Notes under the pieces: model-generated
What the model was told of the DNA's origin: nothing
The model's database searches: none
The model's input: only the letters and a program-made list of their open reading frames with translations
Part shown: piece after piece, positions 53,126 through 63,020 of the stretch
How the letters are laid out: the number at the start of each line of letters is the position of its first letter
How positions within the stretch are numbered: position 1 is the stretch's first letter
NCBI GenBank assembly: GCA_963765495.1
Contig: CAVXWP010000007.1
Span: forward strand, 352,001 to 416,000
Length of the DNA stretch: 64,000 nt
Direction of reading: 5' to 3'
From: Blastocatellia bacterium
Lineage (GTDB): Bacteria > Acidobacteriota > Blastocatellia > UBA7656
Program-made: the position numbers and the translations under genes

Positions 53126-54463
53126 CTACAAAATCTGTTTGTGAATGAATTTCCTGGCATCCGGCCCGGTGTAGGCTTCAACCGTTTGCCCGCTGCCCGC
53201 GAGTTTGTACTTATAGGTCACAAGCCCTTCAAGCCCAACCGGGCCGCGCGGGTGTAGCTTGCCTGTGCTGATTCCTACCTCGGCCCCGAACCCGTAGCGA
53301 TAGCCATCGGCAAATCTCGTAGACGCATTCAAGTAAACCCCGGCCGAATTCACTTCGGCAAAGAATCGCTCGAATGCCAGGTCGTCTTCGGTGATGATTG
53401 CATCCGTGTGGTGTGAGCCATAAATGTTGATGTGCTCGATAGCTTCTTCTATGCCGTCAACTACCTTGATAGCCAGAATCAAATCGCTGTACTCCGCGCC
53501 CCAATCCTCTTCACTGGCCCTCGCGTTACCGGCAACGCCAAACTCATCCGACGCTCGATCATCGCATCTCACCTCGACGCCCTTTGCCTGGAGCTCGGCG
53601 ACAATGCGAGGCAGAAAAGCGCTCGCCACCTCCCGGTTTACCAGAAGCGTTTCGACCGCATTGCAGGCAGCCGGATACTGTACCTTTGCGTCAATCGTTA
53701 TCTCGACGGCCTTTTCAAGATCGGCCTCGCGGTCAACATAGATGTGACAAATCCCTTCGGCGTGCCCGAGCACGGGTATCGAAGTGTTCTCCTGAACGTA
53801 ACGCACCAGCGCGTTTGAACCTCGCGGGATTATCAAATCTACAAAGCCCTCGGCCTTGAGCAGCGCCGTCACATCCTCGCGGCTTTCAAGCAGGACAAAC
53901 GCGTCTCGGGGGATGCCTGCCGCGACGGTTGCCGAGTGAATGCAATCGAAAAGCGCGCGATTGGAATTGCGGGCCTCGCGACCGCCCTTGAGCAATACTG
54001 CGTTGCCGCTCTTGAGCGCAAGCGCCGCGATTTGAGTGAGCGCGTCGGGGCGCGATTCGAACACCACGCCGATAACTCCTATGGGGCAGTTGACGCGATA
54101 GAGCCGCAGCCCCGCATCCAGCTCGGTCGCAAGAGTCACCCGGCCTACCGGATCATCGAGCGCCGCCACCTGCTCGATGCCCGATGTAATGTCGCGCAGT
54201 TTAGCCTGATCGAGTTTCAGCCGACGGTAGAGAGTGTCGGCCATCTCGCCCGATTCGACCAGTGGCCGCGCTCGATCAAGATCACGACTGTTTGCGGCCA
54301 GAATCTCTTCCGCACGTTCTTTGACTCGCAGGGCTATCGCTTTGAGCGCCCGATTTTTCTCTTCGGTAGTGAGCCGGGCGAGTTTACCCGAAGCCTTTCT
54401 GGCTGCCTTCGCGGCTTCGATCACCGATTGCGTGTTTGCGGTTTCAAGTCTTGATTTCATCAT
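53126..54463 (-). CDS. proA: Gamma-glutamyl phosphate reductase
   Basis: PIGVIGVVFESRP, IIPRGS, ACNAVET, NASTRFADG, GAEVGISTGKLHPRGPVGL. Confidence 0.95.
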   Translation of the reverse strand: MMKSRLETANTQSVIEAAKAARKASGKLARLTTEEKNRALKAIALRVKERAEEILAANSRDLDRARPLVESGEMADTLYRRLKLDQAKLRDITSGIEQVAALDDPVGRVTLATELDAGLRLYRVNCPIGVIGVVFESRPDALTQIAALALKSGNAVLLKGGREARNSNRALFDCIHSATVAAGIPRDAFVLLESREDVTALLKAEGFVDLIIPRGSNALVRYVQENTSIPVLGHAEGICHIYVDREADLEKAVEITIDAKVQYPAACNAVETLLVNREVASAFLPRIVAELQAKGVEVRCDDRASDEFGVAGNARASEEDWGAEYSDLILAIKVVDGIEEAIEHINIYGSHHTDAIITEDDLAFERFFAEVNSAGVYLNASTRFADGYRYGFGAEVGISTGKLHPRGPVGLEGLVTYKYKLAGSGQTVEAYTGPDARKFIHKQIL

Positions 54464-55698
54464 CCGTGCCTGTCGAGAAAAGCTATGTTGTCGCGTGTGA
54501 TGAGCGCGTCGTAACCGGGTTGCTCGATCAACTCTTCGATCTTGTCTGAACGCTTTCCAGTAATCCTGCGCGCCTCTTCGCTCGAATAATTCACCATGCC
54601 GCGAGCAAACTCTCTCTCTTCTTCATCGAGCAAACTCACAACGTCGCCGCGAGCGAATTGTCCCCGGACTTCGAGCACGCCTGCCGCCAGCAGACTTGCC
54701 TTGCGGTCTTTGAGGGCGCGTCGCGCGCCTTCGTTCAAAACGAGAGCCGCCTTTACGGTCGTGGCGAATGCTATCCAACGCCTGCGCCCGCGCAATCCCG
54801 CCTGCGGCAAAAAGATCGTTCCCACCCGTTCACCCGCAAAGATGCGCTCCAAAACGGCAGGTTCCTTGCCGCTCGCGATTATTGCCGCGCAGCCTGATCG
54901 CGTAGCGATCTGCGCCGCCTCAAGCTTTGTCTTCATCCCGCCGCGCCCGGGCTTTGCGCCTTTGCCGTAGCGATCCTGGGCAAGCGCTTCTATTTCCGGC
55001 GTGACCTCTTCGACCACGTGAATGAGTTTTGGTTCTCGCCCCTTGCCGGGCGCGGAAGTGTAGAGCCCTTCGACATCCGTGAGCATCACAAGCAGATCGG
55101 CTTCGACCTTGTTTGCTACGAGAGCCGACAGCTTATCGTTGTCGCCAAAGTTCACCTTGCGATAAGAGGTCTCGCCTTCGGTTTCGATTTCGGCGGTCGA
55201 GACGGGATCGTTTTCGTTGATTACAGGAAGCGTGCCAAGCTCGAATAATTTCAGAATGGCGCTCCGCAGATTCAGGTAGCGGCGGCGGTTTGAGAAATCC
55301 TCTTCGGTCAAAAGCAATTGCGCCACGGTTATGCCGAACCGCTCGAACCCGTCTGAATAGAGGGCCATCAGTCGGCTCTGGCCTACGGCGGCGCATGCCT
55401 GCTTGAGCGGCAGAAGCTCAGGCCGCAGGCCAACATTCAAACGCTCCGCGCCAAGCCCCACCGCGCCCGAAGAGACAAGCAGGACTTCGCGCCCTGATTG
55501 CTTGAGATCGGCTATCGCTTCCACAAACGAGTAGAAGCGACTGAGCGCAAGCCCGCCTCTCTCTTTCATCAAAACTGCCGTGCCCAGTTTGATTACTATC
55601 CGCCGCGCCTGAGCGATGACGGGGAAGTGTTCTGTAATTGATGAGCCGGATTTCATAACAGACGAAAGCCCTCTATTCCAATCCAATAGCTCTTTCAA
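54460..55698 (-). CDS. proB: Glutamate 5-kinase with PUA domain (start 55698 TTG or 55656 ATG)
   Basis: VIKLGT, VSSGAV, AAVGQSRL, INEND, FGDNDKLSA, GGMKTKLEAA, PUA domain. Confidence 0.95.
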   Translation of the reverse strand: MKELLDWNRGLSSVMKSGSSITEHFPVIAQARRIVIKLGTAVLMKERGGLALSRFYSFVEAIADLKQSGREVLLVSSGAVGLGAERLNVGLRPELLPLKQACAAVGQSRLMALYSDGFERFGITVAQLLLTEEDFSNRRRYLNLRSAILKLFELGTLPVINENDPVSTAEIETEGETSYRKVNFGDNDKLSALVANKVEADLLVMLTDVEGLYTSAPGKGREPKLIHVVEEVTPEIEALAQDRYGKGAKPGRGGMKTKLEAAQIATRSGCAAIIASGKEPAVLERIFAGERVGTIFLPQAGLRGRRRWIAFATTVKAALVLNEGARRALKDRKASLLAAGVLEVRGQFARGDVVSLLDEEEREFARGMVNYSSEEARRITGKRSDKIEELIEQPGYDALITRDNIAFLDRHG

Positions 55699-55904
55699 GC
55701 CTGCGCGCCCTTATGCACCAGATTGCACGCGGCGCAGTTCTCGCACTCGACGATCTTTTCTTCTTCTTCGGGGTCGTAAAAAATCGTGCACGCATCCTCT
55801 TTGCAACTGCCGCAGGTCCATCGGACCGCTGGCAACTCGCCGTGAATGAGCTTGATTACTTCGCCTTCGACCTCATATTCATAATCGCCCGATTCCACAA
55901 TCAT
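55695..55904 (-). CDS. Small acidic zinc-ribbon protein
   Basis: GAGGGAG RBS; CGSC...CENC; stop overlaps the proB start region. Confidence 0.65.
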   Translation of the reverse strand: MIVESGDYEYEVEGEVIKLIHGELPAVRWTCGSCKEDACTIFYDPEEEEKIVECENCAACNLVHKGAQA

Positions 55905-55970
55905 TGCACAATCTCCCTCGCGCGATTATAACGGCTCGCGCCTGAATTATGCGAGATGTGCGAAAAAAAA

Positions 55971-56036
55971 TTAGACAGGGTTAACAAGATTCAACAAGAT
56001 TTTTTTAATCCTGTTGAGCCTGTTAATCCTGTCTAA
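55971..56036. repeat. 9/10-mer inverted-arm element (ACARGATT / AATCCTGT)
   Basis: ttagacagggttaacaagattcaacaagatt ... aatcctgttgagcctgttaatcctgtctaa. Confidence 0.85.
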
Positions 56037-56063
56037 AATGCCCGCTGATTATGCCGCGTCCGT

Positions 56064-59000
56064 TTATCTGAGTCTCATGCTTGGATCGCCAAACAGAATA
56101 TACGACAATCGCACATCGGGATCAGCGACTGCGGCTTTTGCCCTCCGGGCGGCCTCGCCAAGCGTAATCGGCTGCCGCGTCATACTGTCGCTTGAAAAGA
56201 TCAGCCTCAACATCTCTCGATTTGCTGCCGCCTGTGATTCCGCCCCGGTCTCACCCGATGAAGCCCAGACGGCCACTGCGCCTCCGTGCTCCGCTTTCAT
56301 CAATGATTCGGCCAGAGAGTCTACCGACGGGTCCTGAAAATAGCCGTTCAGACAGGTCATATCCAGAAACATCGCCAGATTATTCTGATTCACAAGCAGG
56401 CGCGCATCGGTTGATTCGAGCAGATTTCCCCGCCACAGATTCACCGACCCATGCCCGAGATAATTGACGACAGTCTGTCCTTGATTGATTCCATCCAGCA
56501 ACATTCCTTTGGCCGTTTGAGGGTCCAGCCCTGATCGCTTGATCTCCTGAACCCGCAGGTAAGAGGGCAACATAGCGCGCAGCCCGGAACTGGCACCCTC
56601 GAAATCGAATACATCGTTTGAGTCGGCTACGAGCAGGGCTGATCGAGATGACCCGCTCCTTTCATAGGCGATGATCTTGCCTGCCATCAGCGCCGCTTCA
56701 TCGGATGTGCGCGCGGGCAATCGGCCTACGCTCAAATCCGCCAGCCCGTCGTTGTTAAAGTCGGCCAGCCAGTCGTCGGACGCCGTTTCCAGGAATTCCG
56801 TATCTATCAACTTCGACGGCACAAGGTCCCAGTTCCCGTATCCCAGATAGTTTCTCGCGTCGAAACTGGCGTCTGCGGCAAACATCACAAAGCGCGGTTT
56901 TCTCTTCCAGTTTGTCGAAGCAAAGGCGAGGAAATCCTTTATCGCCTGTGGCGTCTTGTGCCCGTAGCTGAACTCATCGTAAACATCCTCTATGTCAACC
57001 AGAGCCACCACCAGCTTCTGACTTTGTCTCAACGTTTTGAGCGGTTCAAGACTGGCAAAGAATTCCCGGCGGGTGATGATGATGAAGTCGGCTCCGTTTG
57101 ACGCCTTTTTCCAGTTCGACGGCTGATTGGCCGTGATGGCGGCTGGGGACTCAACCCGGTCTTCCGCGATTGCCAGTAAAGTTCGCACTGATGAGCCGGG
57201 CGCTCTAAGCGATATCGAGTAGCCGTCAATCGCTTTTTGAATCGCCGCGCTCAGCGCCTGTGGCGCGTTCGGGTCGGTGATGTCAACAACGCGAATCTGT
57301 GAATTGCTAAACCCGCTTATGGTCACGCTCTGATTGCCCTGCGCCGTAAATCTGAGCGCGTCATCTTCGGCCTTGTATGTGTGCGAGTAGGTGAGGCGAA
57401 CATAATCAACAAGGCTCACGTCGCCCGCGTCTGATTGAGATATTAACGACACTTCGTTGTGACCCTCGGAAAGCATCCCGGCAGAAAGTTGGAACCTCGC
57501 TATTTCGTGCGCTCTGCCGTTGAACGACATTACGCCGACTACGGCTCCATTGACCGTAACACTGACCTGATGAGGCAACAGCGTGACGCCCTGGACCGCG
57601 ACCTCCAACACGGCCGATGCGGACGTATCAAGGCGCTGCAAGACAAGCGATTGATCGACAGGCTGGCTCGCAGTTATGACCGGCCCGAAGAAGTTTTCCT
57701 GCTCTCCGTTTTTCAGAGAAGAGAAGTAGATAGTCCTGTCCCTGCGCTCGATGGTGTAAGAGAAACTGCCCGAACCAACCGGCTTGACCGAGCCTTCGAG
57801 CGTAGCGATTCTATCGCCGAATTGAGAGCCGCCCACCAGCCAGTAAACGCGAGTATCGGTTGCCGGTGTATCGAGCCCCTGACCATAAAACTCTACCGTG
57901 TCGGACGGATCAAATCTGGCGTCCTCCTGTCCCTGTACGATGATCGGCAGTTGACGTCCGTCAACGAATAGCTGGAGTAAACGCGGATCAACATTTGGAT
58001 CAAGACCCGCTCGAACGAGGTCAGGCTGAGTGAGCCTGTACCAGCCTTCGTGATTGACACTCAGTTTTATGGCCGACCCGGAAGCCAGCCCGGATTGAAT
58101 CGAATAATCTTTCGCCCCCAAAACATTGGCGCTTGATTCAACCTGTCGCGACAGCCCCACAAGAGGCCGGGCCTCTCCGAGCGTACTGAGGAAAGCGGCC
58201 TGACTTCGCTCCGGCGGACGTTCGTCACCCGTCTTAACAGGCGCGAGGGGGCCGTGAAGCGAGCGTTTGCCGTTGATGTCAATGTCTTCCAGATAATAGA
58301 GCGCGTCCTGTTTACTATCAGGGGAATTATCCCACCACGAATAAACGCGCCCGGCTGTCAGGGGTGGCGACCCTATCACAAGAGCAGACCCGGCAAGCAT
58401 CTCAGGTGTTACCCTCGTCATCTGTCCCCCCTGCTGACGATAGATGTTGAAGCCGAGATTATCTGCCTCAAATCCGGTCTGCCACAGGAGATATACGCCC
58501 TTGTCATAGCCGGTCGCGGTGAACGCATCTACCTTCGCCGCCGTTGGAGTGCTGACGGTGAAGTTGCCGTTTGTAGTCGTGGTGGTGACGGCAGGTGGGC
58601 CGCTCCCAAATTCCGTGAAGAACCAGTTGAGCCCGCTCATCTGTCCCTGTGTCCCTACCACATCGAACCTCAATATTATCAGCGTCTGCTGCCCTGTGAA
58701 TATCAGCGGATTCTGGAAATCCACTACCAACCGCAGCCTCCCGGACACCCCCGTGTTCTCTGTGACGACCCCGGTCGATGAGACCGTCCCTGTCGTGTTG
58801 AATGAGGGCGAATGTGGAACCAGCACGCTGGGATCGAAACTGATCTCGATTGTGTAGCCCAAAACGAAATCGCCGTTTGTGAGAGTGCCGTTAACCATGA
58901 CCGGGATAGAGACATCAGTAGAACCGGGAGGAGCAACGACACTGGGCAAAGAGAGGGCAAGGTTAGTGGCCGAAGGAGCCTGACTCTTCTGAAATGAAGC

Positions 59001-62000
59001 AGGATCAGGAGCAGCGGGAGTCCAGTTGCCGTCAACATCTCCGATCAGCAAGGCATCGTAATCCTGGTTTGTTTGATTTGAAACAAGCGAGGGATAACTC
59101 CTAGAGGCGGGAGAGAATTTCCAGGAGCCGGTGATGCCAGTGGTAGAAAGTTGAGCGACAAATCTGCGAAGGAAGCCAATGTCCTGGCCGCCGAGCGAGC
59201 CGTTGTTATCTGTATCGCCAGCGATGGATTGGCAGGGAGTGGGGGTATCGATGCCGGCGGCGAGGCGGCGGAGGATACCGATATCCTGAGCGGAGATGCC
59301 GGAGACGGCACCGGTTTTGGAAGGAGCAACGGTGTAAGGGCCAGTGCCGAGGTCATCGAGTTGATAGAAGCCGGAGGCGTTAGTAGAGGTGGAAGCGGAA
59401 GGGGAACCGCTGGTAGTCTGGACGGTGGCGTTGGGGACTTTCTTTGAGTTGTCGATGCAATAAGAGATCGTCCCTGATATTGAGTTAGCGACCTCCGGGC
59501 TTTCGACCTCAATTATCGTAATGGCCGTGTTGTCGCTCAGTTTTCCACGAGAGTCTGTGACTCTCAATTTCGCTCCGTACTCTCCCGCCGCATCGTATGT
59601 GTGCGAGATCGTAGGCGAGGCCTGAGTCACAGGCGCGCTGCCGTCACCGAAATCGAATGTGTAAGAGAGAACCGTATCGCACATATCGGAATCGCTTGAA
59701 GCCGAGCCGTCGAAATTCACCATCAGCGGCGCGGTCCCTGTCGTCGGCGTGGCAAGCATGCTGGCGATTGGCGCGGTGTTTGGCTGGCAGGAACGATTGC
59801 CCACCAGCGTATAACCTCCACTGGCTGTCGAATCAATGGTCGCAAGCAATACTCCGATTGTCTGCTGTGTTATTGCGTTGACATTGCCGAAAGTATCGCC
59901 CGGCGCGGGCGGGGGCAATGTGGCCGGAGGTGGAGTCAGATTGAATGTCAGCTTGCTGTTGGAAACGACTATGGTTATCGTGCCGTCGGCCGAGAAAGTG
60001 CTTTCGGGGTCGGCATCGCCGTCCGTTGTAAGCTGCCGCACGCCACCCGTCCCGATCATGGTGTGACCATACTTGAATGTGACGCCAGTCGGGTTGCCGG
60101 TGTCATCCGAATTCATGCTGACGAAGTATTCGGTCCCGCTTGCCCGGCTGAAAAAGATCGTCCAGCGAGCTTGCGGCGGAACGACAGACAGGTCAGCCAC
60201 TTTCATCGTGAAGACAAGCTGATTTGTGCACTTATTCAGAAACGGCTCGCCGATGGATATCTGTCGAATATCGAGTTGAGGCGTGGCGGGGTCGCCCGTT
60301 TGATCGCCTGCCGGATCGGTGGTTATCAGTATTCCGGGCAGGCTGCACGCATCGGGCGCGGGTGGCGCGGCCGTAACCTCTACCTCTCCGCAAAACACGC
60401 CTTCGCCTATGCTGTTCATAGCCGTTACGCGATAAAAATATTGCGTATTCGGATTAGCCGTAGCGTCGAGGTATCTCGGAGCGGACGGGTTGATTGAGGC
60501 GAGGAATGTCTCGCCTCCGCTGGTCGTTCCCCGATAAATTTTATAAGCCGTGAGCGGCGAGCCGCCGCTGTCAGGCTCATCCCACTGCACGGTAACTCCC
60601 TGGTTGTCTCTGGTGGCAGAGATGAGACGGGGCGCGGGTGGCGCAGCAGGCTCTACGGGATCAAAGGCCGCAAACAATCGACGCCCGCCCGATTGCCTTA
60701 TGATAGTCGCTTTCGAACTTCGGGAAGATGATGACGGGGAAGGCGGGTCCTGTAAGCATGCAGGCGATACGCAGCCATCGGCATAAGCCGCAAGCACACG
60801 CCCTTCTTTGTCAACCGCGATGTCATTGAAATCGAGCAGGTTGCGGTCATCGCCGCAGGTAGTCCCGCTCGTGCAGATCGAGCCTATCTGCACGGGGTCT
60901 GAGGGCGTGGCATCAACCAGAAAATACGAGTTGCCGCGATCATAAGTCGTGGCGATGTAGAAATGCCAGATGCCATGAAAATTATCCGCGTCCTGATAGT
61001 TGCCGCCCGTTGGCGTGCCTACGAATCCGAAGGCCGCGCGGTCCCCGTCACCTGCGACCGCTTCCGGGAATACGCAGTTTTGAATGAAACCGCCGCCCAC
61101 GTCCCTGTCTAACCATGTCTGCCCGCGATCTGTTGAACGCGCCATGTGCGGATGCCCGTCGCCGTTTTGATACCCGAAGTAGAGAGTGTTGTCTGAGCCT
61201 ATGCCCACGGAAGGGTCGGTGTCGCCCGGCGTGCTGCCCGGTACGGTTCGAATCGTCCATGTCAACCCGTTATCGGTAGAGACGGCTACGCCCTGCTCAC
61301 CGCTGCATCCCTTGTTAGGCACATACACGGTTCCATCGGGCGCTACCTTTACGTGACCGTGCAGACCGCCGCACTGCACAAGGCTCCACATGGGAACGCC
61401 TGCGCCAAAGGTCAATCCGCCGTCATCGCTGCGCGCAGCAAAGGCGGTGGCGGCATCCTGTGAAGCGTAATAAACCGCGTTGGGCGAGAGCGGATGAGGG
61501 GGCGGAGGCGGGGTGGCCGATTCGTTATAAGGACCGCCGCCTACCGTTTGATGATCTACGCCGGCGGGTACTCCCGCTCCTTGAGACGGCAACCACGTCT
61601 CTCCGTCATCGTCGGAGAAGGCGAGTATGCTGCCTGCCCCGGTCAACTGAGATTGAAAGACCCGGCCCGTTTGATGATCCACAAATCCGATTGGGTCGAG
61701 TCCGCCCACGCTTGTCTGCGGGCTGGTTTTGTCTTCCCAGAGCGCCCCCGCCGGTGATGAACAATCGTCAAAGCTCACACGCAATTCATTGACGTTAGCC
61801 GTAAAGAATGCGACGCCGCCCGTATTGACCGTGCCGTGTTTCAGGCTCGGCAGATTCGGATTCCAGTCAACGCCGATGGAAGGCTCGCCCGCTTCGTTCC
61901 CAAGCCCGGTCGGGTCGGGATAGTTCTTGTATCGGGGCGCGATTCCGGGCGGGGGAGGCGGAAGCTGTGGTAGCGGTTCGAGGCTGATCGTCCCGGTGAA

Positions 62001-62567
62001 ACTCTGACCCGCCGGAGCGAAGGGAACTACGCGAATCCTGTAGACGCCGTTGACCGGCTGAATATAGGCTACTTCCGGGTCGGATGAGGAAGCCGCCGTG
62101 GCGATCACGTTTTCCCCCGTATCTCCCTGAAGCACATAAACATCGAAATCGGCTGCCGAAACCGGCCACTGGGTTACTATCTTTACCCTGTGAGTTGATG
62201 GAGTAATGGGCGGGCTTACGGCTATAGTCAATGTGAAATCATCGCATTCAAGAGCCGCGTTACAAACAGGGGTTCCGTTGGCCTGCGCCGATGCGTTGGG
62301 CACGAAAAACGGCCCCGCAGTGTAGGTGACAGGGCCGCTGTTGTTTGTGAGTGTGCCGGTCGGGGGCGTGGCAGCTTCTACTCCTATGTCGAATAGCCAG
62401 GCACTAAATAATACCGAAGAACATAATATCAACAATACCAGACTCTGAACGAGCCTCGCCGTCTTCAGTCTTATGATTCGGTTTTTCAAGAGGTAGTATC
62501 TGATTTTGGTTATGTATTTTGAAGAAAGGCTTCTGGCACCGGAAAGCGAGGGCTTGCCCTGTTTCAT
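56064..62567 (-). CDS. Giant secreted modular protein: Asp-box beta-propeller, FN3, PKD, dockerin, cohesin, Ig-like domain and C-terminal C25 (gingipain/PorU-like) cysteine peptidase
   Basis: AAGGAG RBS; signal peptide; Asp boxes SDDDGETW, SDDGGLTF, STDNGLTW, STDRGQTW; FN3 W..P..GGSPLTAYKIY; PKD FDFGDGS; dockerin GDTDNNGSLGGQD; C25 VGRLP, NYLGHG, MTCLNG, LFGDP. Confidence 0.85.
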   Translation of the reverse strand: MKQGKPSLSGARSLSSKYITKIRYYLLKNRIIRLKTARLVQSLVLLILCSSVLFSAWLFDIGVEAATPPTGTLTNNSGPVTYTAGPFFVPNASAQANGTPVCNAALECDDFTLTIAVSPPITPSTHRVKIVTQWPVSAADFDVYVLQGDTGENVIATAASSSDPEVAYIQPVNGVYRIRVVPFAPAGQSFTGTISLEPLPQLPPPPPGIAPRYKNYPDPTGLGNEAGEPSIGVDWNPNLPSLKHGTVNTGGVAFFTANVNELRVSFDDCSSPAGALWEDKTSPQTSVGGLDPIGFVDHQTGRVFQSQLTGAGSILAFSDDDGETWLPSQGAGVPAGVDHQTVGGGPYNESATPPPPPHPLSPNAVYYASQDAATAFAARSDDGGLTFGAGVPMWSLVQCGGLHGHVKVAPDGTVYVPNKGCSGEQGVAVSTDNGLTWTIRTVPGSTPGDTDPSVGIGSDNTLYFGYQNGDGHPHMARSTDRGQTWLDRDVGGGFIQNCVFPEAVAGDGDRAAFGFVGTPTGGNYQDADNFHGIWHFYIATTYDRGNSYFLVDATPSDPVQIGSICTSGTTCGDDRNLLDFNDIAVDKEGRVLAAYADGCVSPACLQDPPSPSSSSRSSKATIIRQSGGRRLFAAFDPVEPAAPPAPRLISATRDNQGVTVQWDEPDSGGSPLTAYKIYRGTTSGGETFLASINPSAPRYLDATANPNTQYFYRVTAMNSIGEGVFCGEVEVTAAPPAPDACSLPGILITTDPAGDQTGDPATPQLDIRQISIGEPFLNKCTNQLVFTMKVADLSVVPPQARWTIFFSRASGTEYFVSMNSDDTGNPTGVTFKYGHTMIGTGGVRQLTTDGDADPESTFSADGTITIVVSNSKLTFNLTPPPATLPPPAPGDTFGNVNAITQQTIGVLLATIDSTASGGYTLVGNRSCQPNTAPIASMLATPTTGTAPLMVNFDGSASSDSDMCDTVLSYTFDFGDGSAPVTQASPTISHTYDAAGEYGAKLRVTDSRGKLSDNTAITIIEVESPEVANSISGTISYCIDNSKKVPNATVQTTSGSPSASTSTNASGFYQLDDLGTGPYTVAPSKTGAVSGISAQDIGILRRLAAGIDTPTPCQSIAGDTDNNGSLGGQDIGFLRRFVAQLSTTGITGSWKFSPASRSYPSLVSNQTNQDYDALLIGDVDGNWTPAAPDPASFQKSQAPSATNLALSLPSVVAPPGSTDVSIPVMVNGTLTNGDFVLGYTIEISFDPSVLVPHSPSFNTTGTVSSTGVVTENTGVSGRLRLVVDFQNPLIFTGQQTLIILRFDVVGTQGQMSGLNWFFTEFGSGPPAVTTTTTNGNFTVSTPTAAKVDAFTATGYDKGVYLLWQTGFEADNLGFNIYRQQGGQMTRVTPEMLAGSALVIGSPPLTAGRVYSWWDNSPDSKQDALYYLEDIDINGKRSLHGPLAPVKTGDERPPERSQAAFLSTLGEARPLVGLSRQVESSANVLGAKDYSIQSGLASGSAIKLSVNHEGWYRLTQPDLVRAGLDPNVDPRLLQLFVDGRQLPIIVQGQEDARFDPSDTVEFYGQGLDTPATDTRVYWLVGGSQFGDRIATLEGSVKPVGSGSFSYTIERRDRTIYFSSLKNGEQENFFGPVITASQPVDQSLVLQRLDTSASAVLEVAVQGVTLLPHQVSVTVNGAVVGVMSFNGRAHEIARFQLSAGMLSEGHNEVSLISQSDAGDVSLVDYVRLTYSHTYKAEDDALRFTAQGNQSVTISGFSNSQIRVVDITDPNAPQALSAAIQKAIDGYSISLRAPGSSVRTLLAIAEDRVESPAAITANQPSNWKKASNGADFIIITRREFFASLEPLKTLRQSQKLVVALVDIEDVYDEFSYGHKTPQAIKDFLAFASTNWKRKPRFVMFAADASFDARNYLGYGNWDLVPSKLIDTEFLETASDDWLADFNNDGLADLSVGRLPARTSDEAALMAGKIIAYERSGSSRSALLVADSNDVFDFEGASSGLRAMLPSYLRVQEIKRSGLDPQTAKGMLLDGINQGQTVVNYLGHGSVNLWRGNLLESTDARLLVNQNNLAMFLDMTCLNGYFQDPSVDSLAESLMKAEHGGAVAVWASSGETGAESQAAANREMLRLIFSSDSMTRQPITLGEAARRAKAAVADPDVRLSYILFGDPSMRLR

Positions 62568-62898
62568 GTAGGTTCTCCTTTAGCGGTCTGACATTTGTGA
62601 GATATGGAAAAGCATCTTTGACACATCCGCGGTGACCGACTGCGCCAAATTTCCTCGGAATCTATTCTTCAGACAAAAGCGACCTTGCCGGGAGCAATCC
62701 CCGTACCATCTTTAACCCGCTTCTCGACAGTCAGCAGGCGGGTGATTGGTATCTTTTACTATTTACAGTGATTTGTTTGCCCGAGGGGGAGAATTACCGA
62801 TCCTGTATGCTTTGCCGCAAGGGTAAGAAATTAGATAGCAGAAGAGGCTGTTCTGTATGATAAAAGGACTCTCGAATTGTCTTATTTTGTTTCAGTAA

Positions 62899-63006
62899 CC
62901 GTGACGCGTGACGCGTGATGCGTGAAAAGACCTAGAGAGAATTTACAGGATAAACAAGATTATTTTTCATCTTCTGAAATCTTGTTTATCCTGTAAATCC
63001 TCTCTA
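62899..63006. repeat. Orphan heptamer arm (CGTGAYG x4) followed by a 21-bp perfect inverted repeat of the ACARGAT class
   Basis: ccgtgacgcgtgacgcgtgatgcgtga (62899-62925); atttacaggataaacaagatt (62941-62961) / aatcttgtttatcctgtaaat (62978-62998). Confidence 0.85.
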
Positions 63007-63020
63007 AGAATCTCTCCGCT

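Noticed and set aside
62568-62898. Possible riboswitch or ncRNA in the long leader of the C25 protein gene
   Set aside because: Only small hairpins were seen and no recognisable aptamer consensus; an Rfam scan would be needed.
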